From an uncultured Pseudomonadota bacterium (GTDB taxonomy: Bacteria > Myxococcota_A > Polyangia > Fen-1088), in assembly GCA_963847705.1 (NCBI GenBank), contig CAWKBC010000044.1, positions 56,294 to 120,293 of the forward strand: a stretch of 64,000 nt of DNA, in the 5' to 3' direction. The number at the start of each line of letters is the position of its first letter. The first letter of the stretch is position 1. The notes beneath the pieces were generated by a model, which was not told where the DNA came from, did no database searches, and saw only the letters and a list, made by a program, of their open reading frames with translations. A program made the translations under genes and the position numbers. Shown here piece by piece: positions 26,091 to 36,770 of this stretch.

Positions 26091-27653
26091 ATGCCCCCAT
26101 TCAAGTCGCTTGTACGCCTGCTTCGTTGGTTCTGTTTGGCCGGAGCTCTTGCAATGCTCTGGGCCTGTACGTCGCGCACGCTGGAAGCGCCGCAGATCAC
26201 GCCCACCGCGACGTTGACGACGAACTTCACACAGAAGATCAACAACGAGATCGACATTCTGTTCATGATCGACGACTCCTCCTCGATGACGTCGATGCAG
26301 CAAAAGCTGCTCCTCCAGCTTCCCACGTTCATGCAGGTGCTGCAGAACCTGCCGACAGGCTTGCCCAGCCTTCACGTGGCCGTCGTGTCGCAGGACATGG
26401 GAGCGCCGAGCGACGTGCAGGACGCCATCTCCTGCACCAGGATGGGAAAAGACGGCGTGTTTCAGTTCGCTCCCGAAGGAGCGTGCACCGGGACCACGCT
26501 CACCGCCGGAAGCACCTTCATCTCCGACGTCGACAACATGCCGAACTTCACCGATCCGATCGGGACGGTGTTCCAGTGCATCGCCCTCCTCGGCGCCAGC
26601 GGCTGTGGCTTCGAGCACCAGTTGGCGGCGATTGACCGAGCGCTCGGGTCCGACGGGCTCGGCCCGGCGCCCTCGCAGAACGCCGGTTTTCTTCGCCCTG
26701 AGGCCTACCTGGGCATCGTGATGCTCACCAACGAGGACGACTGCTCCGCCCCGGACAACACGACCATCTACTCGCTGAACGGATATCAGCAGAACATCGC
26801 CAACCCCGACGGACCGATCGCCAATTACCGGTGCAACGGCGGGCCGCGCGGCGCGCACTACTGTCAGGACCCCAACAGCGCGAACCCCACGGCCTACGCG
26901 ACGCCGCCGCTCAATCCGCCTGCCGACGCCACGGGCAGTCCGCCCCAGCTGCCCCTCGTGGATTGCGAGGACAACGAGAGCGGTTCGAGCGCGCTCACGC
27001 CGGTGACCCAGTTCATCTCCGACATCAAGTCGCTCAAGACGGACCCCGACAATCAGATTCTGGTCGCCGGAATCATCGCCCCTCCCACGCCATACACCGT
27101 CGAATGGGTGCCGGAGTCGGGCGGAGAGGACACCCAGCCGGGCGAGCTCTGGCCCCAGGTCGAGCACTCCTGCGGCGCGCAGGGTGGCGACGACGTCAAC
27201 CCAGCATCGAGCCAATTCACGACCGACGGAAGCTTCGGGGATCCGGGCGTGCGGGAAGCCCAGTTCCTGGCGGCATTCCCCAACAGCGTCCAGGCGTCGA
27301 TCTGCGATCCCAGCTACGCCGCCTCCATGACCGCCATCGCCACCAAGCTGGGCCAGCTCATCACTCCGCCCTGCATCACGGGGAAGATCCAGAACGACCC
27401 CATGGGCCAGCCGATGTGCTCGGTCATCGAGCACCTGACCGACGCGCAGGGGAACGAGATGGATCTCGCGATCCAGAACTGCGGCGAGAACGGCAACAGC
27501 TCTCCCTGTTGGTCGCTGGCGTCGGGCGGCATGGGGTGCGCGAACGGCGCGCAGCTCACCGTCACCGACACGACGAACGCCAACGCGGCGAGCGAGAGCA
27601 GCACGGTCAGCTGTTCAATCTGTCTGGCCGGCTCGACCCAGCCGGGGTGCTGA
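26091..27653 (+). CDS. Myxobacterial Cys-rich vWA-like putative lipoprotein, paralog 2
   Basis: Collinear with 22307-23872: LWACTSRTLEAP, FMIDDSSSM, GASGCGFEHQL, TNEDDCS, DGSFGDPGVRE. Confidence 0.8.
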   Translation: MPPFKSLVRLLRWFCLAGALAMLWACTSRTLEAPQITPTATLTTNFTQKINNEIDILFMIDDSSSMTSMQQKLLLQLPTFMQVLQNLPTGLPSLHVAVVSQDMGAPSDVQDAISCTRMGKDGVFQFAPEGACTGTTLTAGSTFISDVDNMPNFTDPIGTVFQCIALLGASGCGFEHQLAAIDRALGSDGLGPAPSQNAGFLRPEAYLGIVMLTNEDDCSAPDNTTIYSLNGYQQNIANPDGPIANYRCNGGPRGAHYCQDPNSANPTAYATPPLNPPADATGSPPQLPLVDCEDNESGSSALTPVTQFISDIKSLKTDPDNQILVAGIIAPPTPYTVEWVPESGGEDTQPGELWPQVEHSCGAQGGDDVNPASSQFTTDGSFGDPGVREAQFLAAFPNSVQASICDPSYAASMTAIATKLGQLITPPCITGKIQNDPMGQPMCSVIEHLTDAQGNEMDLAIQNCGENGNSSPCWSLASGGMGCANGAQLTVTDTTNANAASESSTVSCSICLAGSTQPGC

Positions 27654-27696
27654 GCAAGCCGCTGCGGCCGGCAAGCAACGCGCTCAGCCGAGCATC

Positions 27697-28830
27697 TCAG
27701 GGGTTGCGGGCGCAGTCGTCGGTGACGGCGATGGGCGCGCTGAAGTCGACGACCTCGAAATCGTCGACGGTGATCGCCGAGAACGACAGCGCGGTGACGC
27801 CCTGGTCCGACCACTTGGCGGTCGACGTCCGGTCGTCCGCGAAGGTGAGCGGGATGGTCCCGCCATCGGAGAGGAGCATCCCGAACTTCTTCATCGCCGC
27901 GATGATCACCTTCTCCGAGGCGTTGTAGCTGGAATCGTCGAAGGCGGCCTTCAGGCGGAAGCGCACACCGTAGGGGGGCGCGTTGGCGTCGGGGCTGCTC
28001 GGGCTGCCGGCATGCGAGGCCGGGTGAACGTAGGTGGCCTTCCGCATGTACGGGTTGGGGAGAATGAAGCGGATCGCGTGGTTGACCGCGCCGGCCGCCA
28101 CCTCATCGGCCGTGGGGAGCAGCGCGGCGATGGGAAATCCGCCCGCGTCCGCCGAGGTGCACTGATCGCCTCGCTCGTTGTCGGGGTAGGTCTTGGTGAG
28201 GTCCCAGATGAACGCGCCGAGAGCGTAAATCCCGCTGCCCTTCTGGGTGGCGTTGTAGAGCTCGTAGAGCCTTTGCTGGCCGGTCTCGACGACCAGGATG
28301 TGGCAGTCGCCCTGCCCGTCGGTGTTGTACGACGTGTCGCAGGTGTAGCTGGTGCTCCCCTCGGCGTTGCCGTTGGCCGGGATCGGCATCTGCAACGGAA
28401 CTGGATCGCAATCGGGCCCGCCGTAGCAGTACGCGTATCCGCCCGGCATCGGCCCCTCGATGGTCTCGCGCGGCGTGGACGAATCCGCGAAGAAGAGCGG
28501 GATCGAAAAATCGATCTGCAGCCGCCCGCCGCCCCATCCGCCCGCCTTGTCGAGCGCCCCGATGATGGCGTCCGAGCTCGCGTCCTTGGTGAGACCCGAA
28601 ACGTCCTTGGTCCAGGGCTCTGGCTGCGTGAAGAGGCCGCCCACCTCGCCCGCGGCCCCGCCGCTGCCGGTGGCGCCATCGGGCCCGGTGTTTCCGCCCG
28701 TCCCTTTGCTGCCGCCGGTCGCGGTGCTCCCGCCGCCCCCGATCGTTCCGCCGCCGGCGGCGCTCGATCCGCAGCCCGCCGCCAGGACCCCCGCCAGCAG
28801 GTACGACGTCCAGCGACCTCCACCCATCAT
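27697..28830 (-). CDS. Hypothetical lipoprotein with Gly/Thr linker
   Basis: Lipobox AAGC; GT linker; conserved-looking core GDCHILVVE..LYELY, CTSADAGGFPI, NHAIRF, PPYGVRFRL. Function unknown. Confidence 0.7.
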   Translation of the reverse strand: MMGGGRWTSYLLAGVLAAGCGSSAAGGGTIGGGGSTATGGSKGTGGNTGPDGATGSGGAAGEVGGLFTQPEPWTKDVSGLTKDASSDAIIGALDKAGGWGGGRLQIDFSIPLFFADSSTPRETIEGPMPGGYAYCYGGPDCDPVPLQMPIPANGNAEGSTSYTCDTSYNTDGQGDCHILVVETGQQRLYELYNATQKGSGIYALGAFIWDLTKTYPDNERGDQCTSADAGGFPIAALLPTADEVAAGAVNHAIRFILPNPYMRKATYVHPASHAGSPSSPDANAPPYGVRFRLKAAFDDSSYNASEKVIIAAMKKFGMLLSDGGTIPLTFADDRTSTAKWSDQGVTALSFSAITVDDFEVVDFSAPIAVTDDCARNP

Positions 28831-28997
28831 CGCAATTTCGGCTGATCCCGCCCGGTCCTTGACCGGCGCGGGCGCGCTGGCGTCGTGCTTTTCTTGAGCC
28901 GCCGCCCCCGGCGCGGGGGACCTCCTTTGCAACGCACGATCCTCGTGGCCTTCGAAACCAGGGGCAGCTCCGAGGAACGCTGCCCGGAGGATTCGGC

Positions 28998-30788
28998 ATG
29001 GCGCGCGAAACGATCCGTTGGATAGGTCTGCTCGGTCCACTCACGCTGGCGGCCAGCCTCGGCTGCGCAAATAGCGACTCCGGGGCGGGAAGCACGGGCG
29101 CGGGCGGCACGAGCACGACCGGCAGCGGAGGGAGCTCCGCGACCGGGACCGGCGGTGGAACCGCAACCGGCGGCGCGACGGGCGCCACCGGCGGGAGCAA
29201 GGGGACGGGCGGCGTGGGCACGACCGGGAGCGGCGGAAGCAGCGTGGGGACCGGCGGCACCGGCGCGGGAACCGGTGGTGCAACCGCGACGGGCGGCGGC
29301 ACCGGCACGGGCGGTGCGACGGGCGGCAGCCAGGGGACCGGCGGCGCCGCGACCGGCGGCAACACCGGCACCGGCGGTGCGGGGGGAGCGCCCGGGACGG
29401 GCGGCAGCGCCGGAGGCGGCAGCGGATCGTCCGACTATCCTTATTGCAACTACGGCAGCGTCCCGAGCGGTACGGCGCCGGCGGCCTGGAACGACACGCC
29501 GACGCTGACGCCGATCGGCACCAATCCGTACGGCAAGCCGACGAACACCATGGCGGTCGGCTACATCCTGCTCAGCTCGGGTCCGACGCTGCCAACGGGC
29601 GTGACCACCGCGCTCGAGATGTCGTCGCTGATGCGGATCAACGCCGACCTCGAGTACGTGACGCAGTTGACGTACACCCACCTTCCCCCCTGGACCACGG
29701 GCGGCGCGCTGCACTACATCGACTACATCCTGGTCGGCACCGGCCTGCCGAGCGATCCGACCACCGGCGGAGACTCCAGCTACGAGGGTTCGTATCCCGA
29801 CGTGGAGACGACCGGCGTGGCGATGACCGACACCTCACAGCGGTACGACCTCACGCACGAGTTCTTCCACGTGCTGGAAAACTCTTACGGCACCGTCCCC
29901 GGGCAAAAGGTCTCCTGGATTCAGGAGTCGTACAACGACTATCTGATCCTGCGCGTGGCCGAGAACGTCGGCAACGCCACGGCCGGCCAGGCCACGCAGT
30001 TCAAGCTTCCGTCGAACGTCGGCTACCTGGACGCGCTCGTCTATCAGTGGCCGCAGGCGCCGATCGAGAGCTGCGGCATCGAGTCGGACAACACGACCCT
30101 CACCGGGCCGGCCGACTACTTCATGGACAGCACCGGCTTCCGTTACAACGACCTCTTCCCGCTGTTCGTCTCGCAGCGGGTCGGCATGCACTTCTTCGCC
30201 GCCGTCTGGGAGCAGGCCAAGACCAGCGAGCAGATCCTGCAGACGATGACCCGCCTGCTCGACAAGCCGCGGGTGCAGTGCATGGTGCAGGAGTACGCGG
30301 CGCGCCTGGCGCTGGGCGACTTCCTGGAGCTGTCGAGCAGCATCCAGGCGTTCGGCGACGCCAGGATGTACGCCGCCACCACCAGCACGGGCGGCGTCCT
30401 GGCGCCCAGCGACGCGACCAAGCTGCCGCGCTACACCTCGCGCAACAACATCCCCATCACGGTCGCGTCGGGCGCCACCTCGGTCAGCGTGAACTTCATG
30501 CCCGACGCCGCGGGGAGCAAGGGGACCCCCGCGACGATGTCCGCGGAGCTGGTCTACCGCGCCACCGACGGCACCGCCGTCTACGGCCAGCCGGTCGCCA
30601 CCGGCGCCGCCTCGATCACCCTCACCAAGCCCCCCAAGAACGGTGTCGTCGTCCTGGTCATCACCAACGTCACGCTGGACGGCTACAAGACCGCGCTCTC
30701 CTACGGCTGGGATCCGAGCGAGACCTTCGGCTACAAGATCCAGATCACCGGCGGGACCGTCGCTCCGACCAACAAGCTCTACTTCTGA
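28998..30788 (+). CDS. Lipoprotein with Gly/Thr linker and HExxH zincin-like (DUF6055-like) domain
   Basis: GGAGG RBS; lipobox SLGC; long GTGG linker; LTHEFFHVL followed by WIQES. Confidence 0.7.
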   Translation: MARETIRWIGLLGPLTLAASLGCANSDSGAGSTGAGGTSTTGSGGSSATGTGGGTATGGATGATGGSKGTGGVGTTGSGGSSVGTGGTGAGTGGATATGGGTGTGGATGGSQGTGGAATGGNTGTGGAGGAPGTGGSAGGGSGSSDYPYCNYGSVPSGTAPAAWNDTPTLTPIGTNPYGKPTNTMAVGYILLSSGPTLPTGVTTALEMSSLMRINADLEYVTQLTYTHLPPWTTGGALHYIDYILVGTGLPSDPTTGGDSSYEGSYPDVETTGVAMTDTSQRYDLTHEFFHVLENSYGTVPGQKVSWIQESYNDYLILRVAENVGNATAGQATQFKLPSNVGYLDALVYQWPQAPIESCGIESDNTTLTGPADYFMDSTGFRYNDLFPLFVSQRVGMHFFAAVWEQAKTSEQILQTMTRLLDKPRVQCMVQEYAARLALGDFLELSSSIQAFGDARMYAATTSTGGVLAPSDATKLPRYTSRNNIPITVASGATSVSVNFMPDAAGSKGTPATMSAELVYRATDGTAVYGQPVATGAASITLTKPPKNGVVVLVITNVTLDGYKTALSYGWDPSETFGYKIQITGGTVAPTNKLYF

Positions 30789-30828
30789 CGAGCTCGGAAC
30801 CCTGGGGAGAGCTCCGCGCCTCCCGCGA

Positions 30829-31329
30829 TCAGGGTCGGGTCATGCGGGCGATGCGCGCGGCGTGCGCCGGATAACGCGCGGCCAGCTCGGGCCCTTGGGC
30901 CAGCTCGAAGTCGGCGAACTCGAAGCCGGGGGCGACGGTGCAACCGATGAGGCAGTGGGAGGCCGCCTCGGCCAGCTCCGCGGCGAACCAGGTCCCGGCG
31001 GGGATGAGGATCTGCGGCCGCTCGCCGGCCGCGACGTTCGTGCCGAGGCGCCGGAGCTCGCCGGGCCCGGTCGGGCCGAGCATCAGCACGTCGAGCGGGC
31101 CCCCCTCGTAGAAATGAAACATCTCGTCGGAGCGCAGGCGGTGCAGGTAGGTCGTCGGCTCCGCCCGGGTGACCAGAAAATAGATCGCGGTCGAAGCCGC
31201 GCGAGCGCCCGCGTGCGGCGGCGCCAGATCGCGGACGGTCAGCGCCGACCGGTAGCTCTCGACGTAGTGGCCGCGCTCCGGATGCGGGGCGAGACCCAGG
31301 CTGTCGATCAACTCTTGCACGCGGCTCAC
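30829..31329 (-). CDS. Cupin_5 (DUF985) family protein
   Basis: LGLAPHPERGHYVESYR, STAIYFL, HRLRSDEMFHFYEG, IPAGTWFAA, GCTVAPGFEFADF. Confidence 0.92.
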   Translation of the reverse strand: MSRVQELIDSLGLAPHPERGHYVESYRSALTVRDLAPPHAGARAASTAIYFLVTRAEPTTYLHRLRSDEMFHFYEGGPLDVLMLGPTGPGELRRLGTNVAAGERPQILIPAGTWFAAELAEAASHCLIGCTVAPGFEFADFELAQGPELAARYPAHAARIARMTRP

Positions 31330-31413
31330 GGCATCACCTCCAGCGGCGACTCTGCCACGATCGGAGGCGAATTCGGGAGCCCGCAATGAGCCCGGCAGGT
31401 CAGCGTGGGCGCT

Positions 31414-32874
31414 CTACTTGTACGCCGGTGCGGCCGAGTAGGCGGTGCCGAGGGTGGTCAGCGTTCCGTCGGAGTTGACCAGGTCGAGGTTGGTCGACCA
31501 GGGGTACCAGGAGTAGCGGGCGACGCGCGGATGGCGCGCGAACACGGCCAGCGCGCCGTTGTAGAAATTCACCACCGTCGGGACGTCGGGCGCGCTGTCG
31601 TTCAGGCAGCCCCACTCGGTGAGCCAGATCGGCCGGTTGCCCGAGAACCCCTCCGCGTACTTGATGTAGCTCTCCAGCTGCGAGGCCGCCGCGTCGCACG
31701 AGCCGGCGTTCCAGCCATACCAGTGAATGGCGATGAAGTCGGCGTGCAGCGTGGTGCTGCCGTTCACCGAGCCCATGAAGCTGGTGAACCAGGTCTGTCC
31801 GGTGGAGTTCGCCTGCGTCGCCGGCGTCCCCAGCTGGATGGCGCTGTTGTTGAAGGAAGGCCAGAGCGAGACCGCCGTCGCGACCGTGATGTTCGACTGG
31901 GTGCTGTTGTCGGGCTCGTTGAAGCCGAGCACGTAGCCGTAGCTCTTGCTCACGAACGAGGAGACCGCGCTGGTGATGGCCGAGGCGGTCACCTCGTTGC
32001 TGTGGCCCCAGATCATGGGGACGAACGGGACGTTGGTGCCGGCGCAGCCGCTGGTCGGGGTCTGCTTCCAGTTGTAGTACCAGGAGACGCCCAGGTGCTG
32101 CATGTCGGCGCAGGCGGTGGGATCGCCGGCGAACCCCTTGAACGGTTGCTGGCCCGCCGCCGGCGGCTCCATCCCGCCACCGACGGTGCAGGTGGCCTGA
32201 ATCGACAGGCTCTTGGTGGTCTTGTCGCACGGATCGGTGAAGGCGCCGTTGTTGGCGGGGACCGAGCAGCTGGTGCGCCCGACGCAGAGGGCCTGGACCA
32301 CCGCCATCGACGACGAAGCGTTGCACGAGCCGGTCGCGAAGCTTCCGCACGAGCCGGTGGGCGTCCCGAAGCTGGCGAAGGTGATCTTGTCGATGGTCTG
32401 ACCGGTCGGACAGGTGACCGTCACGCTGGCGTTCTCGGCGCCGCTGCCGCAGACGCTGGTGCCGCCGGGCGAGCCGGCGCCGCCACCGCCAGTGCCGGGT
32501 GATCCCCCGGTGGCGAGCGCGCCGCCCGTACCCGCGGCGCCAGCCTTGCCGCCGCTGGCGGTGCCGCCCGTTCCGGTGACGCCGCCGGTGGCCCTCACGC
32601 CGCCCGCGCCAGCACCCCCTGGCGCGCCGCCCGTGCTCGCGCCACCGGTGCCGGTCTGGGAGCCGCCGGTGCCGGTGATGCTGCCACCGGTGCCGGTCAG
32701 AGAGCCGCCGCTGCCGTTGCCGCCGCTCCCACGCGCGTCACCACCCGAGCCGCTGGTCGTCGACACGCCTCCGGTCCCGGATCCCTCGGTGCCACCATTC
32801 TGGTTGCTGCAACCGAGCATCAGCGCGAGGGCGCCGAGACCAATGCAGAGCGGAGCGGAGCGGCGTCGGTCCAT
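31414..32874 (-). CDS. Lipoprotein: Gly/Thr linker + SUEL/Gal-lectin domain + GH128-like beta-1,3-glucanase
   Basis: Lipobox MLGC; lectin CPTGQTIDKITFASFGTPTGSCG..CVGRTSCSV..DPC; GH128 motifs SWYYNW, FVPMIWG, LGFNEPD, IWLTEWG, RYSWY. Confidence 0.82.
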   Translation of the reverse strand: MDRRRSAPLCIGLGALALMLGCSNQNGGTEGSGTGGVSTTSGSGGDARGSGGNGSGGSLTGTGGSITGTGGSQTGTGGASTGGAPGGAGAGGVRATGGVTGTGGTASGGKAGAAGTGGALATGGSPGTGGGGAGSPGGTSVCGSGAENASVTVTCPTGQTIDKITFASFGTPTGSCGSFATGSCNASSSMAVVQALCVGRTSCSVPANNGAFTDPCDKTTKSLSIQATCTVGGGMEPPAAGQQPFKGFAGDPTACADMQHLGVSWYYNWKQTPTSGCAGTNVPFVPMIWGHSNEVTASAITSAVSSFVSKSYGYVLGFNEPDNSTQSNITVATAVSLWPSFNNSAIQLGTPATQANSTGQTWFTSFMGSVNGSTTLHADFIAIHWYGWNAGSCDAAASQLESYIKYAEGFSGNRPIWLTEWGCLNDSAPDVPTVVNFYNGALAVFARHPRVARYSWYPWSTNLDLVNSDGTLTTLGTAYSAAPAYK

Positions 32875-32995
32875 AGGACAACCTCCGGGGGGACTGGCGG
32901 CAGTCTACTGCATTCCGCGTCCGGTCTTTCGCAACTTCCGGAAGGAGGCACGACGCACTCCGGCTTCCCGTGTCGCGTGGGGTAACCTCACGAAA

Positions 32996-35709
32996 ATGAA
33001 GCCCCTCCTCGCGGTCGCGTCGGCGGCGCTGGTGTTGTCGGCCTGTCTGGTCCCGGCACCGCCGCCAGCGCCCGCCCCTGCCACGGCGGCGAGCATCGCG
33101 CCGGGCGCTCCGCCAGCTGTGCCCGCGCCCGCGGCCGCCACCAGCGCCGACGAGACGCACGATCCGCAACACTGGTTCCCGTTCCCGGCGCGTGGAATCG
33201 GCGCGGCCACCGGGCTGGTCGACCTTGGCGCCCTCAACGACGCGCCGGCCGGAGCGCGCGGGTTCATTCGCGCCAGCGGCGGCCACTTCGTCGACGGGGC
33301 CGGGACGCGCGTGCGGTTCTTCGGCGTCGATTGCACCGCGACCGCCTGCTTCCCCACCCACGAGGTGGCGACGCGCGCCGCCGCCCATTTTCGGCGCCTC
33401 GGCGTCAATCTGGTCCGCTTTCACTTCATGGACAAGGGGACCGCGCCGATCGGGCTCCTGGTTCAGAGATCGGACGCGCTCGACCCGGCGCAGCTCGATC
33501 GGTTGGACTTCTTCGTCGCCGAGCTGGCCAAGAACGGGATCTATTCCAACATCAACCTGCACGTCGCCCGCCGTTACCCGGGGCTCGACGGCGAGGCCGC
33601 CCAGCGCTTCGAGTTCGGCAAGATGCTGGATCGCTTCTATCCGCCGTTCATCGAGTCGCAGAAGGTCTACGCGCGGGCGCTGCTCACGCACGTGAACCCC
33701 TACACCGGGCGCCCCTACACCGCCGAGCCGGCCGTGCTCTGCGTGGAGATGAACAACGAGAACACCGCGCTCCCGTTCTGGGCCGGCAACCTCGACGATC
33801 TGCCCCAACCCTACGCGGCCGAATTGAAGCGGCAGTGGAACGTCTGGTTGCGCCAGCGCTACAGATCGACGGCTCGTCTGCGGGCAGCTTGGGCCGGCGA
33901 TGCCAGGAGCGCACCCAGGGAGATCTTGAGCAACGCCGATCTCTCGGCCGGCACCGAGGGCTGGACGTTCGAGTCGGCCGGGGTCCCGACGCGTGGCGAG
34001 GTCGTGCCGACCGAAGACGGCGGTCGCGCGCTGCGGTTCTCGGCGGCTCGGCGCGGGACCGCCAGCTGGCACCTGCAGCTTTATCGCGCGCACCTGCCGC
34101 TCGTCGAGGGCGAGAGCTACCACCTCGGTTTCCGCGTGCACGCGCCGCGCGGCTTCGTCGGCCCCGAGGGCCCGATCCCGCCCGCGCGGAACCTGGAGAC
34201 GCTGGCGATGCTCGCGGTCCCCGACTGGCGGAACATCGGCCTCTACCGGATGATCGCGCTGACGCCTGAGTGGCAGCGGATCGACATCACCTTCCGGCCG
34301 CAGGGGACCATCGCTGGCGAGGGGCGCCTCAACTTCGGGCTGCGGAACGTGCCGGGCGTCGTGGAGCTCGCCGATCTGTCGCTGACGGCCGGCGCGCCGC
34401 CGGTGAAGCTGGCCACCAGCGAGACCATCGAAGCGGCGACCATTCCGCTGGTGCACGGGGAGAGCGGCTCGCCCGCCGGCGAGGACTTCCTGCGCTTCCT
34501 GGCCGACACCGACCGCGCCACGGCGCACACGCTGGCGACGTTCATCCGCACGGAGCTGGGATTGCGGTCGCTGCTCGTCGACACCCAGGCCAGCTACGGC
34601 GGCCTCGAGGGGCTGCGCCGCGAGCTCGCCAGCTCCGACTTCATCGACATGCACGCCTACTGGCAGCACCCGGACTTTGCCTCGGGCTGGAGCCAGCTCC
34701 GCTTTCACATCGACAACACCACCCAGGTGGCGGCACCCGACGGCGGCGCGCTCGGCTCGCTCGCCGTCTATCGCGTCGGCGGCAGGCCGTTCACCGTCAG
34801 CGAATACAACGTGCCCGCCCCCAACGACTACGCCGGCGAGGCGTTGCCGATGTACGCGTCGATCGCCGCCGCGCAGGATTGGGACGCCATCTACGCCTAC
34901 ACCTATCTCGACTTCTCGGCGCGCTGGGAGGCCGATCACCTGCTCGGCTTCTTCGACCTGGCCGGCAACCCCGCGGCGCTCAGCTTCCTGCCGGTGGCGG
35001 CCCTCACGTTTCGCAAGGGACTGGTGGCGCCGGCGCCGACCGTCGCCCAGCTGGCCTTGCCGGCCACCGGCGAAAAGACCCCGCCGCTCGTCGGTGAAGG
35101 GGCGCTGGCCAAGCTCTGGACGTCGGCCGGCCTTCCACCGTCGCTGCTCTCGTCGCGCCGGCTGGAGATCGTTTCGCCGCCGCGGCGCGCGGCGCCCGCC
35201 AAGCAACCCGGCAGGAATGAACCCGCGGGTCAGCTGGTCTGGAACGCCGCCGCGCCCGCGCCGACCTTCACGGTCGATGCGCCGGCGCTGCGCGTCGCCG
35301 CGGGAAAGATCGCCGGCACGGCGTTCGATCTCGGCGACGTCCACTTCGACGTCGGCGAGCTGCCGCGCGGCGATGCCTCCATCGCGCTGGTGGCGCTCGA
35401 CGGTCTCCCGCTGGCGCTCTCCAAGGAGATGTTGCTGGTCGCCGTCGCGCGGGTCGAGAACACCGCCATGAAGTGGAACGCCGACCGCACCGGACTCACC
35501 TCCTGGGGACACGGACCGGCGGTGGCCGAGTTCGTGCCGCTCACGGTCAGCCTCCCCGGGCCCCCGTTGCGGGCCGAGCGGCTCGATCCCGCGGGCGGCG
35601 TCGCCGAGCCGCTCGCCGTCACGGCCGAAGCTGGCGGAGGTGCAAGCGCAAGCAGACGCTCGGTCCTCCACCTCGATCACCAACCGTCGCTCTGGTTTCT
35701 GCTCCGTCG

Positions 35710-35713
<4 letters not shown>
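32996..35713 (+). CDS. GH-A clan (GH5-like) glycoside hydrolase lipoprotein with inserted CBM4/9-like domain
   Basis: Lipobox LSAC; RVRFFGVD, GVNLVRFHFMD, GIYSNINLH, HVNPYTG, EMNNEN, DMHAYWQHP, PFTVSEYN; central beta-sandwich (WHLQL..GESYHLGF..LTPEWQR). Confidence 0.75.
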
Positions 35714-36735
<1,022 letters not shown>

Positions 36736-36770
36736 CCTGGAAAGTCTAGCGCGACGCCCGCTTCGGGCGG

